Shown: positions 50,662-62,075, numbered from the stretch's first letter. The stretch: 64,000 nt of DNA from Nitrososphaeria archaeon (GCA_963752255.1 CAVVXT010000005.1:1-64000), one strand, 5' to 3'. Made by a program: numbers and translations. Notes: generated from the sequence alone by a model not told the origin.

Positions 50662-51474
50662 TCAGGTTCTATTTGACTCGAGAAACTGTAATATTGCTTC
50701 TTCTAATTCTTTAGGCTTCTCTAAAGCGTAGCCATGTCCACATTCTTTGATAATAGTCAACTTCGAACCCTTGATTTCTCCAGCAAGTGTCTTAGAGAAT
50801 CTTGGAGGTGTCAAAATATCTTCATCCCCCACAATTATATGTGTTGGAATTTTGATCTGGTTCAGTCTTGACGATGTATTATGGTGTATGCATGCATCTG
50901 CTTGTCTTAAGAACGCGAAAGTTGGCTGAGGATGCGGGTTTTCGGCTATAAGTTTTAGAACTTCTTCCATTGCACCCTTTTTCTCATAGAATCTGAATGT
51001 TAAACACCATCTTAGTATGTGCCTCATGAATTGTGTTCTATTATTCTTGAGCTCTTTGCATTCTATAATAAATTTTAATCCTTCAATTATATCTTGCATT
51101 AGTGCATCTGTTTTTGGCCAAGTAGCTAGTAAAGTTATAGTTTTAAGAAGCTTAGGATAACCTATAGCTAATTCTTGTGTAATGGCACCACCCATGGAAT
51201 GGCCTATAACATGTACGTGGTCTAAACCCAATTCTTCAATTAAGGCGGCTGTGTCATCAGCCATCATCTTAATACTGTATGGGAAATCAGGTTTATTAGA
51301 CTGTCCAACACCCCTATTGTCAAATACTATACAGCGAAAATTTTTACTCAAATCTTTAGCAAAAGGCAGCCAACTTTGATAATCATCACCAAGTCCACTG
51401 ACCCATATAACTGGCTCACCTGAACCCATAACTTCATAATACATTTGGATTCCATTTGCTATAATTTTTGGCAA
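50662..51474 (-). CDS. Alpha/beta hydrolase (3-oxoadipate enol-lactonase-like)
   Basis: FDNRGVG, GHSMGG, GDEDILTP, CGH. Confidence 0.9.
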   Translation of the reverse strand: MPKIIANGIQMYYEVMGSGEPVIWVSGLGDDYQSWLPFAKDLSKNFRCIVFDNRGVGQSNKPDFPYSIKMMADDTAALIEELGLDHVHVIGHSMGGAITQELAIGYPKLLKTITLLATWPKTDALMQDIIEGLKFIIECKELKNNRTQFMRHILRWCLTFRFYEKKGAMEEVLKLIAENPHPQPTFAFLRQADACIHHNTSSRLNQIKIPTHIIVGDEDILTPPRFSKTLAGEIKGSKLTIIKECGHGYALEKPKELEEAILQFLESNRT

Positions 51475-51818
51475 GCTTTTTCACAACGCCTATCGTTAAG
51501 TAGAATTTATATTTTATAAATAGATATTTCCACACTTTAAAAGACTTATGTAACTATAAGATTTCTTGAAATGATCAATAACACCCAAAAGCAATTCGAA
51601 TCAGACTTTGGAACAAATTTGAATCCTGAATTGGGAGCAAGTCCCTAATATATATGTAAAAAAATATGGAAACTACAAATAAAAGTTCTGAACAGATATG
51701 CTGTGTAATCATGAGTATTAGTTCTTATTTCAGTCGTAATAAAAGATTCCTAAACACTTAACTTACTTGGGTTTTACTTAGGAAGATTAAAATAAAAGGT
51801 GAGGAAATCGGTTAGTAA

Positions 51819-52567
51819 ATGCCTAAGGTTACTCTTAAGAATGTATCAAAAAGATTTGGTAAAGTGCTAGCAGTCGATAAATTGAGCTTGGATGTTGAAG
51901 ACGGTGAATTGTTTGCAATTGTCGGCCCCAACGGTTGTGGAAAGACCACAGTTCTTAGGATTATCGCAGGTCTAATTGAGCCTGATGAAGGTGATATCTA
52001 TATAGATGATACTAGGGTAAATAACCTTTCCCCTGTTGAAAGGGGTGTTAGGATGGTCTTCCAAGATTATGCTCTATACCCCCACATGAAGGTGTATAAT
52101 GAGGACAAAAATTCAAACCTATCATTTGCGTTAAGGATTAGGAAATATCTTCCTGAAAATATTAAGAAAAGTGTTGAACAAGTAAGTGCCAAAATAGGGA
52201 TCAACAAGGAACTTTATTCTAGACGACCGAAGGAACTGTCTGCCGGTCAGCAACAAAGGTGGCCATCGGAAGAGCCATTACCTTACCGCCTAAAGTTTTT
52301 TTACTTGATGAACCACTAGCTCATTTAGACCCGCCAGCTCGACTTAAAATCAGAGACGAAATAAAATCCCTCCATAAGGAAATGAAGGTTACAACGATCT
52401 ACGTTACAAATGATCTTCCTGAAGCTTTTGCAGTAGCAGAAAGGCTTGCCGTACTGAGGGAGGGAAAGGTCATTCAAGTGGGTAGACCCCGTGAAGTTTA
52501 CGAGCATCCCGCTGACGATTTTGTTTCAGACTTCCTTAAAGCTTACGAAATATTTCGCAGAGTATAG
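51819..52567 (+). CDS. ABC transporter ATP-binding protein (MalK-like), frameshift near 52257
   Basis: GPNGCGKTT, FQDYALYPHM, LSAGQQQ | VAIGRA, LLDEPL. Confidence 0.9.
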
Positions 52568-52612
52568 TATACTTTAAGCCCACTGGAAAACAATACACAT
52601 AAATAACGTAAT

Positions 52613-53008
52613 GTGACATTTGATTACATGGATCAAAATTCAATTGAAGTCGTTATTGAACCATACCATAAGATAATTGTACACGAATTAGTAGAATATA
52701 GGCTCAGCGACTGGGTTAACATCATCATTACTGGAATAAAGTCACTTGGCGGAAGTATGCCAACCCTCTTCTGGTGTAACGGAGTTGTGTTCCAGTCAGC
52801 GCAGTTCAATACAAACAGCGAGACGGTGATAAAGCAGCAATTGAATGGCATCATTCATTATAGTTCGGTGACATTTGCGCTTAAAGAAAAGTTCCAGAAC
52901 GAAATTAGGACGGATAAGGGAACGATACTTCTTGTAGATGTAAGTGCCAATATAAATTTGGTTAAACTCGCTGAAGTCTTGAAAGGTTATTCCAAGATTA
53001 AAGAGTAA
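52613..53008 (+). CDS. Hypothetical protein resembling small conserved TACK-archaeal proteins
   Basis: EPYHKIIVHE...LFWCNGVVF...IHYSSVTFA; family resemblance is from memory only. Confidence 0.65.
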   Translation: MTFDYMDQNSIEVVIEPYHKIIVHELVEYRLSDWVNIIITGIKSLGGSMPTLFWCNGVVFQSAQFNTNSETVIKQQLNGIIHYSSVTFALKEKFQNEIRTDKGTILLVDVSANINLVKLAEVLKGYSKIKE

Positions 53009-53196
53009 AAAACTTGAGTTTGTATCTACCTTCTTATAGGTAACTTGATTGTGAATGTTGTTCCCCTGTTCTCTTGACTTTCTACCAATATTGTCCAATT
53101 TTGAGATTCGATAAGCCTTTTAGATACTTTTAATCCTAATCCTTGACCCTTGGATTTAGTTGTGAAAAGTGGTTCAAAAATCTTCATCTACTCTAA

Positions 53197-54135
53197 TCAT
53201 TTTAGTTCTTTTTGAACTTTTGTATGAAATTTTTTGAACCAGTTAAATCCGAACTTCTCCATTTGCATCAAATACTTATCGTTGCCCTTTGGCATAAGGT
53301 CTGCGCGATAATGGAGAGTAAAATAATACTGAGCTGCATTAATGTAACCCTGCTTTCCAATTAGATCAAGACACTTTTTAGCAAATTTATCATTTTGAAC
53401 TTTCCGACAGACTTTTTCAACGGTCTTAAGGCGCTCATCAGTTGTCTTTACCTTAATGTTCTCATACTTGTGAGCGAAGGCCTCTATAAGCTCTTTATCA
53501 GTCAATTCGACGTACTCTTCAGAGTGAACGATAACGTCAACATCAAGCTTTTTTTGTGGCAAAAGCTTGCTGTGGGGGTATCCGAGACAGACCATAACAA
53601 CGGGAAAGACCTTATCAGGTAACTTAATCATCTCTCTTATCTGGGAAAAACACTCTAATACAGAACCGATATAGACAGAACCTAGGCCCAATGAATCCGC
53701 AGCGGTACAGACGTTCTGAGCACATATTATAGTGTCTTGGAACGATACCCAGAAATGCCTAAAAGAGGACGCAGCAGTAAAGGGCGCAGCCTCAAGATCA
53801 GCCCATCTTTCAAGACGATGGAAATCAATACAAAAAATCAGCAAAACTGGTGCTTTGGCAATAAAAGCCTGTTCACATAACCTCGCCAATTCCTTCCTTT
53901 TTTCCCCCTCTATCTTTACAATAGAATAAGGTTGAAGATTGCCTGCAGAAGCAGAATGGGTTCCAGCTTTGAGAATAAGCCTCAAAATATCCTCAGGGAC
54001 TTTTTTGTCTAAGAAGTCACGGACACTAGCCCTCTCGGAGAGAATCTTCATGGTCCTGTTTGGATAATCATCAGCAAACTCATCCTTATTCTGGGACAAC
54101 TTTCCATCATAGCTTAAGAATGGTTTATCCGCCAT
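53197..54135 (-). CDS. Nitroreductase family protein (NfsA/NfrA-like)
   Basis: RASVRDF...ASAGNLQPYS...AADSLGLGSVYIG...LGYP. Confidence 0.88.
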   Translation of the reverse strand: MADKPFLSYDGKLSQNKDEFADDYPNRTMKILSERASVRDFLDKKVPEDILRLILKAGTHSASAGNLQPYSIVKIEGEKRKELARLCEQAFIAKAPVLLIFCIDFHRLERWADLEAAPFTAASSFRHFWVSFQDTIICAQNVCTAADSLGLGSVYIGSVLECFSQIREMIKLPDKVFPVVMVCLGYPHSKLLPQKKLDVDVIVHSEEYVELTDKELIEAFAHKYENIKVKTTDERLKTVEKVCRKVQNDKFAKKCLDLIGKQGYINAAQYYFTLHYRADLMPKGNDKYLMQMEKFGFNWFKKFHTKVQKELK

Positions 54136-54215
54136 TTTACCAAAATGAACGATATAATGACCGTATTTAAGGCTTGAAACCTTCAACCAATAGGGAAGAC
54201 CTGCAAAACATAATT

Positions 54216-55193
54216 TCATTTGTTTGCCTTAATATCATTTAATAAGTGCTTCACAGCGAAGTTCATCTTTCTTTCAACGTGTATATTGATGTCCTCATGC
54301 GCCATACCCGGGTACATCGCCAGTTCATTTCCTTCTGAACCCAAATGGTGGAATGCTGCGAAAACCGTTGAAGGCGGACACACGATATCTATTAGACCTA
54401 CAGACATTAGGACAGGTACCTTAACTTTTGGTGCGAAGTTCATGGCGTCAAAGTAAGAGAGTGTTTCCATAACTTTTTCTTCATCTTCTGGATGTGTCTT
54501 TAGGTAATTTAGAATTTCGATGTACGGACCTGTTTCAGCAACGTATACAGCTCGATCAAAATGGCAGAGGTATGGCACACTCGGTAACGCAAGTGAGACA
54601 TTATCGTGTAACGCTGCCGTCACTACAGTCAGTCCTCCACCCTGACTCACCCCTGAGACAGCGATCCTCTTCGTGTCAACATCCTCCCTTTTAGTGACAT
54701 AGTCGGAGGCTCTGTAGCAGTCCATGAAGACATACCTATAATAGTATTTGTTTTTGTCTTGGATTCCCTTTGTCATGTTACCGGTAATATTCCCTACGTC
54801 ATACATTGCGTGGTCCGGGGCTTCACCACCCTGTCCCCTAACATCTACCGTCAAAAAAGAGAAACCAAGGGTAATCCACCCTAAATAATCAGAAACCGTT
54901 CCTTTGCTGCCACTGTATCCGTGAATAAAAACCATCGCAGGCTTGGGTTCATTATCGTCTGCGGACTTTATGAAGTAACCAGTAATTGGAGTCCTATCTA
55001 TAAAACCATCAAATATCAACTTGAAGACCACCACTTTCTTTGAGAAGAAATCTACTTTCTTTATTTTAGCATTTAGGGGCTGATCTTTCGCCCTCCCTAT
55101 ATTATCCCTCCAGAACCTTTCAAAGTCCTTTGTTTTTGTTAGCTTTGGCTTGTAAACCTTAAGTTCATTTAACGGAAGATCAACTAATGGCAT
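54216..55193 (-). CDS. Acetylxylan esterase / cephalosporin-C deacetylase (CE7)
   Basis: HGY, DVRGQ, GVSQGG, SYFD, DIVCPPST, HE. Confidence 0.92.
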   Translation of the reverse strand: MPLVDLPLNELKVYKPKLTKTKDFERFWRDNIGRAKDQPLNAKIKKVDFFSKKVVVFKLIFDGFIDRTPITGYFIKSADDNEPKPAMVFIHGYSGSKGTVSDYLGWITLGFSFLTVDVRGQGGEAPDHAMYDVGNITGNMTKGIQDKNKYYYRYVFMDCYRASDYVTKREDVDTKRIAVSGVSQGGGLTVVTAALHDNVSLALPSVPYLCHFDRAVYVAETGPYIEILNYLKTHPEDEEKVMETLSYFDAMNFAPKVKVPVLMSVGLIDIVCPPSTVFAAFHHLGSEGNELAMYPGMAHEDINIHVERKMNFAVKHLLNDIKANK

Positions 55194-55405
55194 GAATTTT
55201 TCAGACGAGATTAAGTAGATAAGCTTTTTCATCTAACCATAACTCCATAAAAAAGATTGTTTATAACAAAAAATAAGTTAACATATGGAGGAAGTTATCT
55301 AAATGGAAATTTGACGAAATACTTTACGTTTTCCTTTTCATTCGTAATTAGTAGTTTATTTTCTAATGTAGATTTTTTAGTGTTATTATTGATTTTATAC
55401 CGCTA

Positions 55406-56555
55406 TTAAACCAGGTACGATTTGAGTCTTTCTTCATTTATGTTAAGGCCTAACCCAGCTCTGTTGTAGACGTCTACATACCCTTTGGAGAACTTCTCGA
55501 TTTGTGTATCACAAATATCTTTCAGCTAGCGGGTTGGGGCTTTCCTTTATATCGTAAATCTCGTAGGTTGCGAATGTTTCTTTTGGCAACGATGCGGAGA
55601 GATGAATGCTTGCAGCCCTGCACCCTACACCGGACAAGCCGATATGAGGGGTGTACTGAACATTGAAGGTTCTGGCCAAGTTAGCTATCTTAACACATTC
55701 TGTAATTCCTCCCGCTCGGGCTATGTCTGGCTGTATTATGTCCAGGGCTTCGCCGACGATCAGATCCCTAAAGTCATATCTAAGATAATGAGACTCTCCT
55801 CCACAAATTGGAATATCAAGTTTTCTCTTCAGCTGTCTGTACCCTTCTATATCGTATGGCGGCATCGGTTCCTCGAACCATGAGATGTCAAGACTTTTAA
55901 GAATCTTGCCAAGCTTCAATGCCTTACTATAGTTATAGGCTGAATTTGCATCCACCATTATTTCGATATCGTTCCCAACCTCCTTTCTAATCGCTTTCAG
56001 GTTTTCTCTATCTCTTTCAACGCCCATACCAACTTTGACTTTTATCTGATCGTGCCCTTCATCCGCCCACTCTTTAGCCCTTTTAGCCATCGTTTCAGGC
56101 TTTCCGAAGACTATTGATGACGCATACGCCTTTAGCCTGTCTTGGAACTTTCCTCCTAAAAGGCTATAGACAGGCTGCTTGAGTATCTTCCCTTTTAGAT
56201 CCCACAGCGCTATATCGATGCCTGACAGAGCTTCCACGAAATAGCCCTTAAGATGCCCCCTTGTTTTAAGGGTGGAGAACATTTCCTCCCATATGACCTC
56301 AATATCCATAGGGTCTTTACCAACGACGATTCCTTTGAGCAGTTTATCAATTATCTGTGCTGTGGCCTGGGGTACTTCTCTGACGAGACTTTCACCGAAA
56401 CCTGTTTCCCCTTCGTCTGAACTTACCTTTACGAAGCATGATGCGTATCCTTTCCTAACCTTTTTCGCTAGGTCGTCTTCGTATGGCAGGTATCCGCTGA
56501 TCGCTGTCTTTGCTTCAGCATACACCGGATATGATTGTACATCAACTATCTTCAT
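55406..56555 (-). CDS. Mandelate racemase/muconate lactonizing enzyme family (frameshift near 55520)
   Basis: GIDIALWDLKGK, KVKVG, VDAN, WFEEP, GGE, QPD; the shifted frame gives AGLGLNINEERLKSYLV* ending at 55406. Confidence 0.9.
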
Positions 56556-56647
56556 ATCTCGCTAACTCAGTCTGCTGTTAAACGACGAATTCTTTAATCT
56601 TTCTTAAGCGACTTATAAGCCGCCGAAATAAAGAGATTCTTGGTTGT

Positions 56648-57556
56648 TTATATTTTGTTTGCCGAACCTTCGATATGATACACATCACATATTATTTCCC
56701 TAATCTTCTCTGAAACCTGACTTCTAGCATTCTCAATATTGTCAGGATGAGTTTTTATAGCCCTCTCGTAGGCCTGCCTAATATCTGTGCCGATATTTAT
56801 TTTGGTTATACCATTTTTTATAGCCTCAAGGACGTATTCGGTTTTTATTCCAGACCCCCCATGCAGCACTAGAGGGATCTTAGTCTTCTGGCTTAACTTT
56901 TTTAGGTGGTCGATGTTCAATCTTGCCTGAACTTTATCCTTGTCCTTTGCTGCCCCGCTTATGGCCCCATGAATGTTGCCGATTGCCACCGACAGCCAGT
57001 CTATCTTTGTTTCATTCACGAATTGAACTGCCTCGTCTATGCTAGTAAATCCTATTCCCTTTGCGTAAATTTCGTCGTAGGACATCGAAAGCTGTTTTTC
57101 ATGCCCCATTACGGCACCAAGTTCAGCCTCAGCCGGCTTTTTCGCGTCATGTGCCATAACAGCTACCTGTCTGGCAACATCAAGATTCTCGTTAAATGAC
57201 AGACGTGAACCGTCTATCATTACAGAATCGTACCCTGCATCTATTCCTTTCTGAATCAGACTCTTCCAGTCAACTGCTGCTCCATCTTCATCTATTACTG
57301 GGATGTGGTCTTGGTGCAATCTAGTAAATTTTGGATTTTTATAGACATCATATTCTTTCGCCACCGCTTCAAAGCTTTTAGCCTGAAATTTTTCAACTTC
57401 AAGTCTTGCTACTTCAACTAGACCGAAGGTCTGGTGCTTAACTAGGGTTTCAACTATTGGCTTAACCATTGGAAGATAGGCTACATTAAACGCCGGAACG
57501 AGTATTTTCTTGTAGTAGGCTCTTTTCATTATTTCGGAAACGTTAAGAGATTCCAT
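56648..57556 (-). CDS. Class II fructose/tagatose-bisphosphate aldolase family
   Basis: PAFNV, LHQDH, SVMIDGS, EAELG, AIGNIHG, LVLHGGSG, KINIGT. Confidence 0.9.
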   Translation of the reverse strand: MESLNVSEIMKRAYYKKILVPAFNVAYLPMVKPIVETLVKHQTFGLVEVARLEVEKFQAKSFEAVAKEYDVYKNPKFTRLHQDHIPVIDEDGAAVDWKSLIQKGIDAGYDSVMIDGSRLSFNENLDVARQVAVMAHDAKKPAEAELGAVMGHEKQLSMSYDEIYAKGIGFTSIDEAVQFVNETKIDWLSVAIGNIHGAISGAAKDKDKVQARLNIDHLKKLSQKTKIPLVLHGGSGIKTEYVLEAIKNGITKINIGTDIRQAYERAIKTHPDNIENARSQVSEKIREIICDVYHIEGSANKI

Positions 57557-57644
57557 AATATATTCATTATATATCCGCGCAGCTAGGATATTAGTTTAAC
57601 TCAAAAATGATAACCAATCTCTTGAATCATACAGATATGATAGC

Positions 57645-58823
57645 TTATTTTTCCAATTCTTTTATTGCTCTTTCAATTCTCGTCAAAGCCTTTGTAAGGA
57701 TTGATCTTGGGCACGCGATATTCATTCTTTGGAAACCTTCTCCTCCAGGGCCGAATATTTGCCCATCATCTAAACCAACCTTCGCATTCCTAATCATAAA
57801 ATCATTCAGTGCTTTCGGATTCATCTTCAAATTTTTGCAATCGAGCCACATAAGATAAGTTCCTTCCAGTTTGACGGGCCTTATTTCTGGAACCCTTTCC
57901 TTAAGATATTCTGTTAGATAATCAACGTTCCCTTGTATGTATTCTAGCATTTGTTCAAGCCACTCTTCGCCATACATATATGCTGCTTCAGATGCAACCA
58001 CTCCGAACACATTAGCAAATTCTAGGCCAACGTTCTCCACGGCGATTTTAAACTGTGAGAGAAGTTTTGGATTCGATGCTATTACAGTCGAATTAGCTAG
58101 CCCCGCCAGATTAAAAGTCTTGCTTGGAGCCTCAAAGGTTAGAGTGATATCAGCTATATCGCTAGAGGTACTCGCTGTTGGAATATGTTTGTAGCCCTTT
58201 AAAATAAGATCGGAGTGTATCTCATCAGAAAGAATTATAACGTCGTTCTCGAGACAAAGTTTACCAAGTTTAGATAGTTCTTCACGTGTCCACACTCTAC
58301 CAACCGGATTATGGGGGCTACATAAAATAAGCATCTTCACCCTCTCATCGAACCTACCTTTAAGATCGCCAAAGTCCATCTCATATTTCCCATTTTCGTA
58401 CTTAAGTTCATTTATGACAATTTGACGACCATTGTTCCTTATGGCCTTAAAGAATGGGTGGTACACCGGAGGTTGTATAATGATTTTATCACCTGGATGA
58501 GTAAATGCTCGGATAGCTAGGTTGACAGAAGGTACAACACCAGGTGAATACTCAATCCATTCAGGTTTAATTTTCCACTGATGCCTTTTCTCCATCCAGC
58601 CTACGATGCTTTTATAGAATGAGGGAGATCTTATCGTATAGCCGTAGATTCCGTGTTCGGCACGCTTCTTTAACGCGTCGATGACAGGCGCAGGTGAAAG
58701 AAAGTCCATGTCAGCGACCCACATCGGTATGATATCTTTTGTACCAAACCTCAACTCTAAGCAGTCCCATTTATAGGAATCCGTCCCCTCTCTCGTAATG
58801 TAACGGCTAAAGTCGTATTTCAT
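57645..58823 (-). CDS. PLP-dependent C-S lyase (MalY/PatB family)
   Basis: PMWVADMDF, LCSPHNPVGRVW, SDEIH, APSKTFNLAG. Confidence 0.92.
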   Translation of the reverse strand: MKYDFSRYITREGTDSYKWDCLELRFGTKDIIPMWVADMDFLSPAPVIDALKKRAEHGIYGYTIRSPSFYKSIVGWMEKRHQWKIKPEWIEYSPGVVPSVNLAIRAFTHPGDKIIIQPPVYHPFFKAIRNNGRQIVINELKYENGKYEMDFGDLKGRFDERVKMLILCSPHNPVGRVWTREELSKLGKLCLENDVIILSDEIHSDLILKGYKHIPTASTSSDIADITLTFEAPSKTFNLAGLANSTVIASNPKLLSQFKIAVENVGLEFANVFGVVASEAAYMYGEEWLEQMLEYIQGNVDYLTEYLKERVPEIRPVKLEGTYLMWLDCKNLKMNPKALNDFMIRNAKVGLDDGQIFGPGGEGFQRMNIACPRSILTKALTRIERAIKELEK

Positions 58824-58995
58824 ATAGGGAATTGCCTTTTGCTTCCAATAATTAAAGTTTTTATTCTCATAGACGTTTTTCACAGCTTCGATTAAATAAT
58901 TTAATATTATACCATTATTAAACGATTTAAAGCTGCAATAGATTAAAAAAAACGTACTTAAAGAAATCATTATAAATTATGGAGTATTATAATAA

Positions 58996-59505
58996 TTGGT
59001 TAATATGACAGCTCTAAAAGTTGAGAAAAGGAAGCCTCTTCCACGCAGTTTTCTGAAAGCGGGTGTTAAAGCACCAGACTTCAGTCTAAAGAGCACTTCC
59101 GACAAAAACGTTAGCCTGAAAGATTACCGTGGCCACACGTTGATTCTGCTCTTCTATCCGGCCGATTTTAGCCCGGTATGCAGTGATGAACTGCCACTCT
59201 ATAGCGAGCTCATACCCGAATTTCGTCGATTTAATGCGGAGGTGGCGGCGATATCTGTTGATAATACATGGAGCCATCTCGCCTTTGCACGAGATAGAAA
59301 CCTATCCTTCCCTCTGCTTTCCGACTTTGAGCCAAAAGGTAAGGTATCCAGAGAATACGGTGTATACCAGAAAGAAAGTGGCCACAGCGGACGAGCAATA
59401 TTTGTGATCGACAGCGAGGGGATCATAAGGTGGAGTTATGTAGTGCCAAATAACGTCAATCCGGGTGCTGACGGCGTGTTGAAGGCTCTAGAGGAAATGG
59501 AATAG
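58996..59505 (+). CDS. 1-Cys peroxiredoxin (AhpE/BCP-like)
   Basis: FYPADFSPVCSDE, LLSDFEPKG, RAIFVID. Confidence 0.88.
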   Translation: MVNMTALKVEKRKPLPRSFLKAGVKAPDFSLKSTSDKNVSLKDYRGHTLILLFYPADFSPVCSDELPLYSELIPEFRRFNAEVAAISVDNTWSHLAFARDRNLSFPLLSDFEPKGKVSREYGVYQKESGHSGRAIFVIDSEGIIRWSYVVPNNVNPGADGVLKALEEME

Positions 59506-59527
59506 GTTAGAAGGTAGGTTCTGACTT

Positions 59528-60079
59528 ATGGAAGTAAAAATAACCAGGCTTACAATACCTGTCGGAGAACGTGACCATGTAAATGGACCACTGAACGCTC
59601 CTGTAACACTGGTGGAATATGGTGACTTCGAATGCCCGCACTGTGGGAGGGCTTACCCCATAGTTAAGCAGTTGCAGGAGCATCTGGACGGGAAACTGAG
59701 GTTCGTATTTCGTCACTCACCGATCTCAACCGTACATTCCCACGCTAAGAAAGCGGCTGAAGCAGCTGAAGCGGCCGGCTCTCAGGGAAAATTTTGGGAA
59801 ATGCATGATCAGCTCTTTGAACACCAAGATGCGCTTGATGATGAAAACCTGAGACGATATGCTATAGCTGTAGGCCTTAACATCAAAAGATTCGATCAGG
59901 AGATGTATTATCATCTTTACGAGCCAAAAGTGCATGAAGATTTCATCAATGGCGTGAAGAGTGGTGTGAACGGCACTCCTACGTTCTTCATAAACGGGCT
60001 AAGGTATAATGGCCCTCCATCCTTTGAAGCTCTTCTGGAAGCAATAATGAAAGAAATTAACACAGAAGAGAAAAAATAA
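59528..60079 (+). CDS. DsbA-family thioredoxin-fold oxidoreductase
   Basis: EYGDFECPHC, GVNGTPTFFING. Confidence 0.92.
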   Translation: MEVKITRLTIPVGERDHVNGPLNAPVTLVEYGDFECPHCGRAYPIVKQLQEHLDGKLRFVFRHSPISTVHSHAKKAAEAAEAAGSQGKFWEMHDQLFEHQDALDDENLRRYAIAVGLNIKRFDQEMYYHLYEPKVHEDFINGVKSGVNGTPTFFINGLRYNGPPSFEALLEAIMKEINTEEKK

Positions 60080-60091
60080 TGCTTAGATGTT

Positions 60092-60334
60092 CTAATCGAC
60101 TTTTTCGACCGTTATCGCTTGTACCGGACAGACGTCAGCTCCTTCCTTGGTGCACTGGTAGAGTTCGTCGGGTATGATTCCTGTCGATAGATCGTCGGTT
60201 GTTTCCTTAGAGTACTGTTCTATAACCCTATTTTTACCGTTATCGTCCGCTAGGTAGAAGAGTTGGGGACACGCTGTTGTAGCTGCCCCACAGGCGATAC
60301 ATAGATTTCTATCTATAGTTATCTTATATGGCAT
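60092..60334 (-). CDS. Ferredoxin (single cluster)
   Basis: CIACGA...CP ... CPVQAI. Confidence 0.85.
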   Translation of the reverse strand: MPYKITIDRNLCIACGAATTACPQLFYLADDNGKNRVIEQYSKETTDDLSTGIIPDELYQCTKEGADVCPVQAITVEKVD

Positions 60335-60854
60335 AAATAAAAAGAAAGCATCCTCGTTAATATATTTTATCTTGTTAATCGGCTCACTATGCGACTTGTT
60401 TTCTAACATAACCCTTCTCGGCGACATCTGTAAACTGGTTAGGATGTAGGTTACGAAGAATGCTGCTGTTTTTACCATACACCTGAGTGATAAAATCGAG
60501 CAGGATATTCCATTCAGCTATTTCATCATAGAGACCTGAACTTATTCAATAGATTGGGATAGGTTTCTAAGGAAAGGTGAACATCTTTAAGCCTAACAGA
60601 TGCTAAGGCAAAAAAAGACCTAAGTTTGCATTAGGTAAAGCCCTTCTGACTTGTAATCCTCTGAATTCCTTTATAGATACACTGTACATAATTTTGAACA
60701 AATAGGAGGATACTAAAAGAAATGTCCGAAAAGTAAAGGTAGTTGAGGTTGCATTATTGTTAGTGGCTCTGTTACCATGCCAACTGATGGTGAACCAATC
60801 GTATTGGTTTAGTTGATGAAAACATATATAACAGAAACTTAGAAGACGATTACA

Positions 60855-62075
60855 TTGAAGCAACGTAGAATACTGGCTATGTTAAGCATTTTTGGACCAG
60901 CCATTTTGGTTTCAGTTGAACTGTTCAATCCAGCTAGTATTGTTGCCGCTACAGCTGCTGGCGCTTCAGTTGGTCTCGTAGTGTTATGGGCTGCCTTCTA
61001 TTCAGGCATTATGCTCATAGTAATACAGGAAATAAGTGCGAGACTAGGAGTTGTCACGGGAAAGACTTTAGCAGAGAATATTCGCGAGAGATATGGTGCT
61101 AACTTCTCCCACATACTTTTTATTCCCTCTATATTTTTAGACATGTCAACTTTGACTGCCGAGGTTATGGGTTTAAGTTTGGCAATTTCTTTTTTCTTTA
61201 AAGCACCATATTCGATAGCGATGATCGTTTCTGTTCTATTAACCACAATATTATTTAATATAGGCTCCTACAGCAAGTTAGAAAAAATAATAATGTTCCT
61301 TGTAACAACCATTTTCCTTATCTACTTCTATTTTCTTTTGTACGTTAACCTACCTTTATCGAACATTGTCATCGATTCTATAATACCTTCTTTCAAAAGT
61401 AACTCATTCTATTATGCCGAAGCCATAATTGGTGCGTCAATCATGCCAACCTACGTTATATTACACAGTGGGTTGGTTTATGAAAAAGGATGGGTTCATC
61501 ACCACCAGCTCCCATTGGAGAGCTTGGAGGAGGATAGAAAAAATATTAGAAGCGAAAGAGTGGATTCCGTTTTTGGTTTACTGATGGGTACAGTTTTGAA
61601 TATTGTGATAATAGCGTGCGCAACAGCGTTTTTAAGCGGAAGTGGAGTAAACAATTTTTCAGATTTAGCTCAACCATTTGGCGACAAACTTGGAAGCTTT
61701 GGCCTAACTCTATTTACCATAGCATTTGCTTCTGCAGGTGTCTCAGCAATTATAACAGTTGGTTTAGCTAGTGTCTACAATACTTTCGGATTTTTGGGCT
61801 TTCAAGAACGTATGACCAAAAAGAAGTTTAAAATGACATACGTAATTTGGGTTATAATTGCAGGTATCGCATCCCTTCTACCCAACAAAATAGAGTTCAT
61901 CGTGTTAACCCAATATCTTAACGGCGCCATGCTGCCATTTGTGCTGATACCTCTGGTACTTATCACTAGGAATGAGAAGGTCATGGGTAAGAACAAAATT
62001 GGCGTATTGATAAGTGCTTTTGCTTTGGCTACGGTCTCGATCACAACCCTTCTTTTTTTGATGACAATCATCTAG
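60855..62075 (+). CDS. NRAMP-family divalent metal transporter
   Basis: GPAILV...NPAS, QEISARLGVVTGK, IGASIMP..LH. Confidence 0.85.
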   Translation: MKQRRILAMLSIFGPAILVSVELFNPASIVAATAAGASVGLVVLWAAFYSGIMLIVIQEISARLGVVTGKTLAENIRERYGANFSHILFIPSIFLDMSTLTAEVMGLSLAISFFFKAPYSIAMIVSVLLTTILFNIGSYSKLEKIIMFLVTTIFLIYFYFLLYVNLPLSNIVIDSIIPSFKSNSFYYAEAIIGASIMPTYVILHSGLVYEKGWVHHHQLPLESLEEDRKNIRSERVDSVFGLLMGTVLNIVIIACATAFLSGSGVNNFSDLAQPFGDKLGSFGLTLFTIAFASAGVSAIITVGLASVYNTFGFLGFQERMTKKKFKMTYVIWVIIAGIASLLPNKIEFIVLTQYLNGAMLPFVLIPLVLITRNEKVMGKNKIGVLISAFALATVSITTLLFLMTII

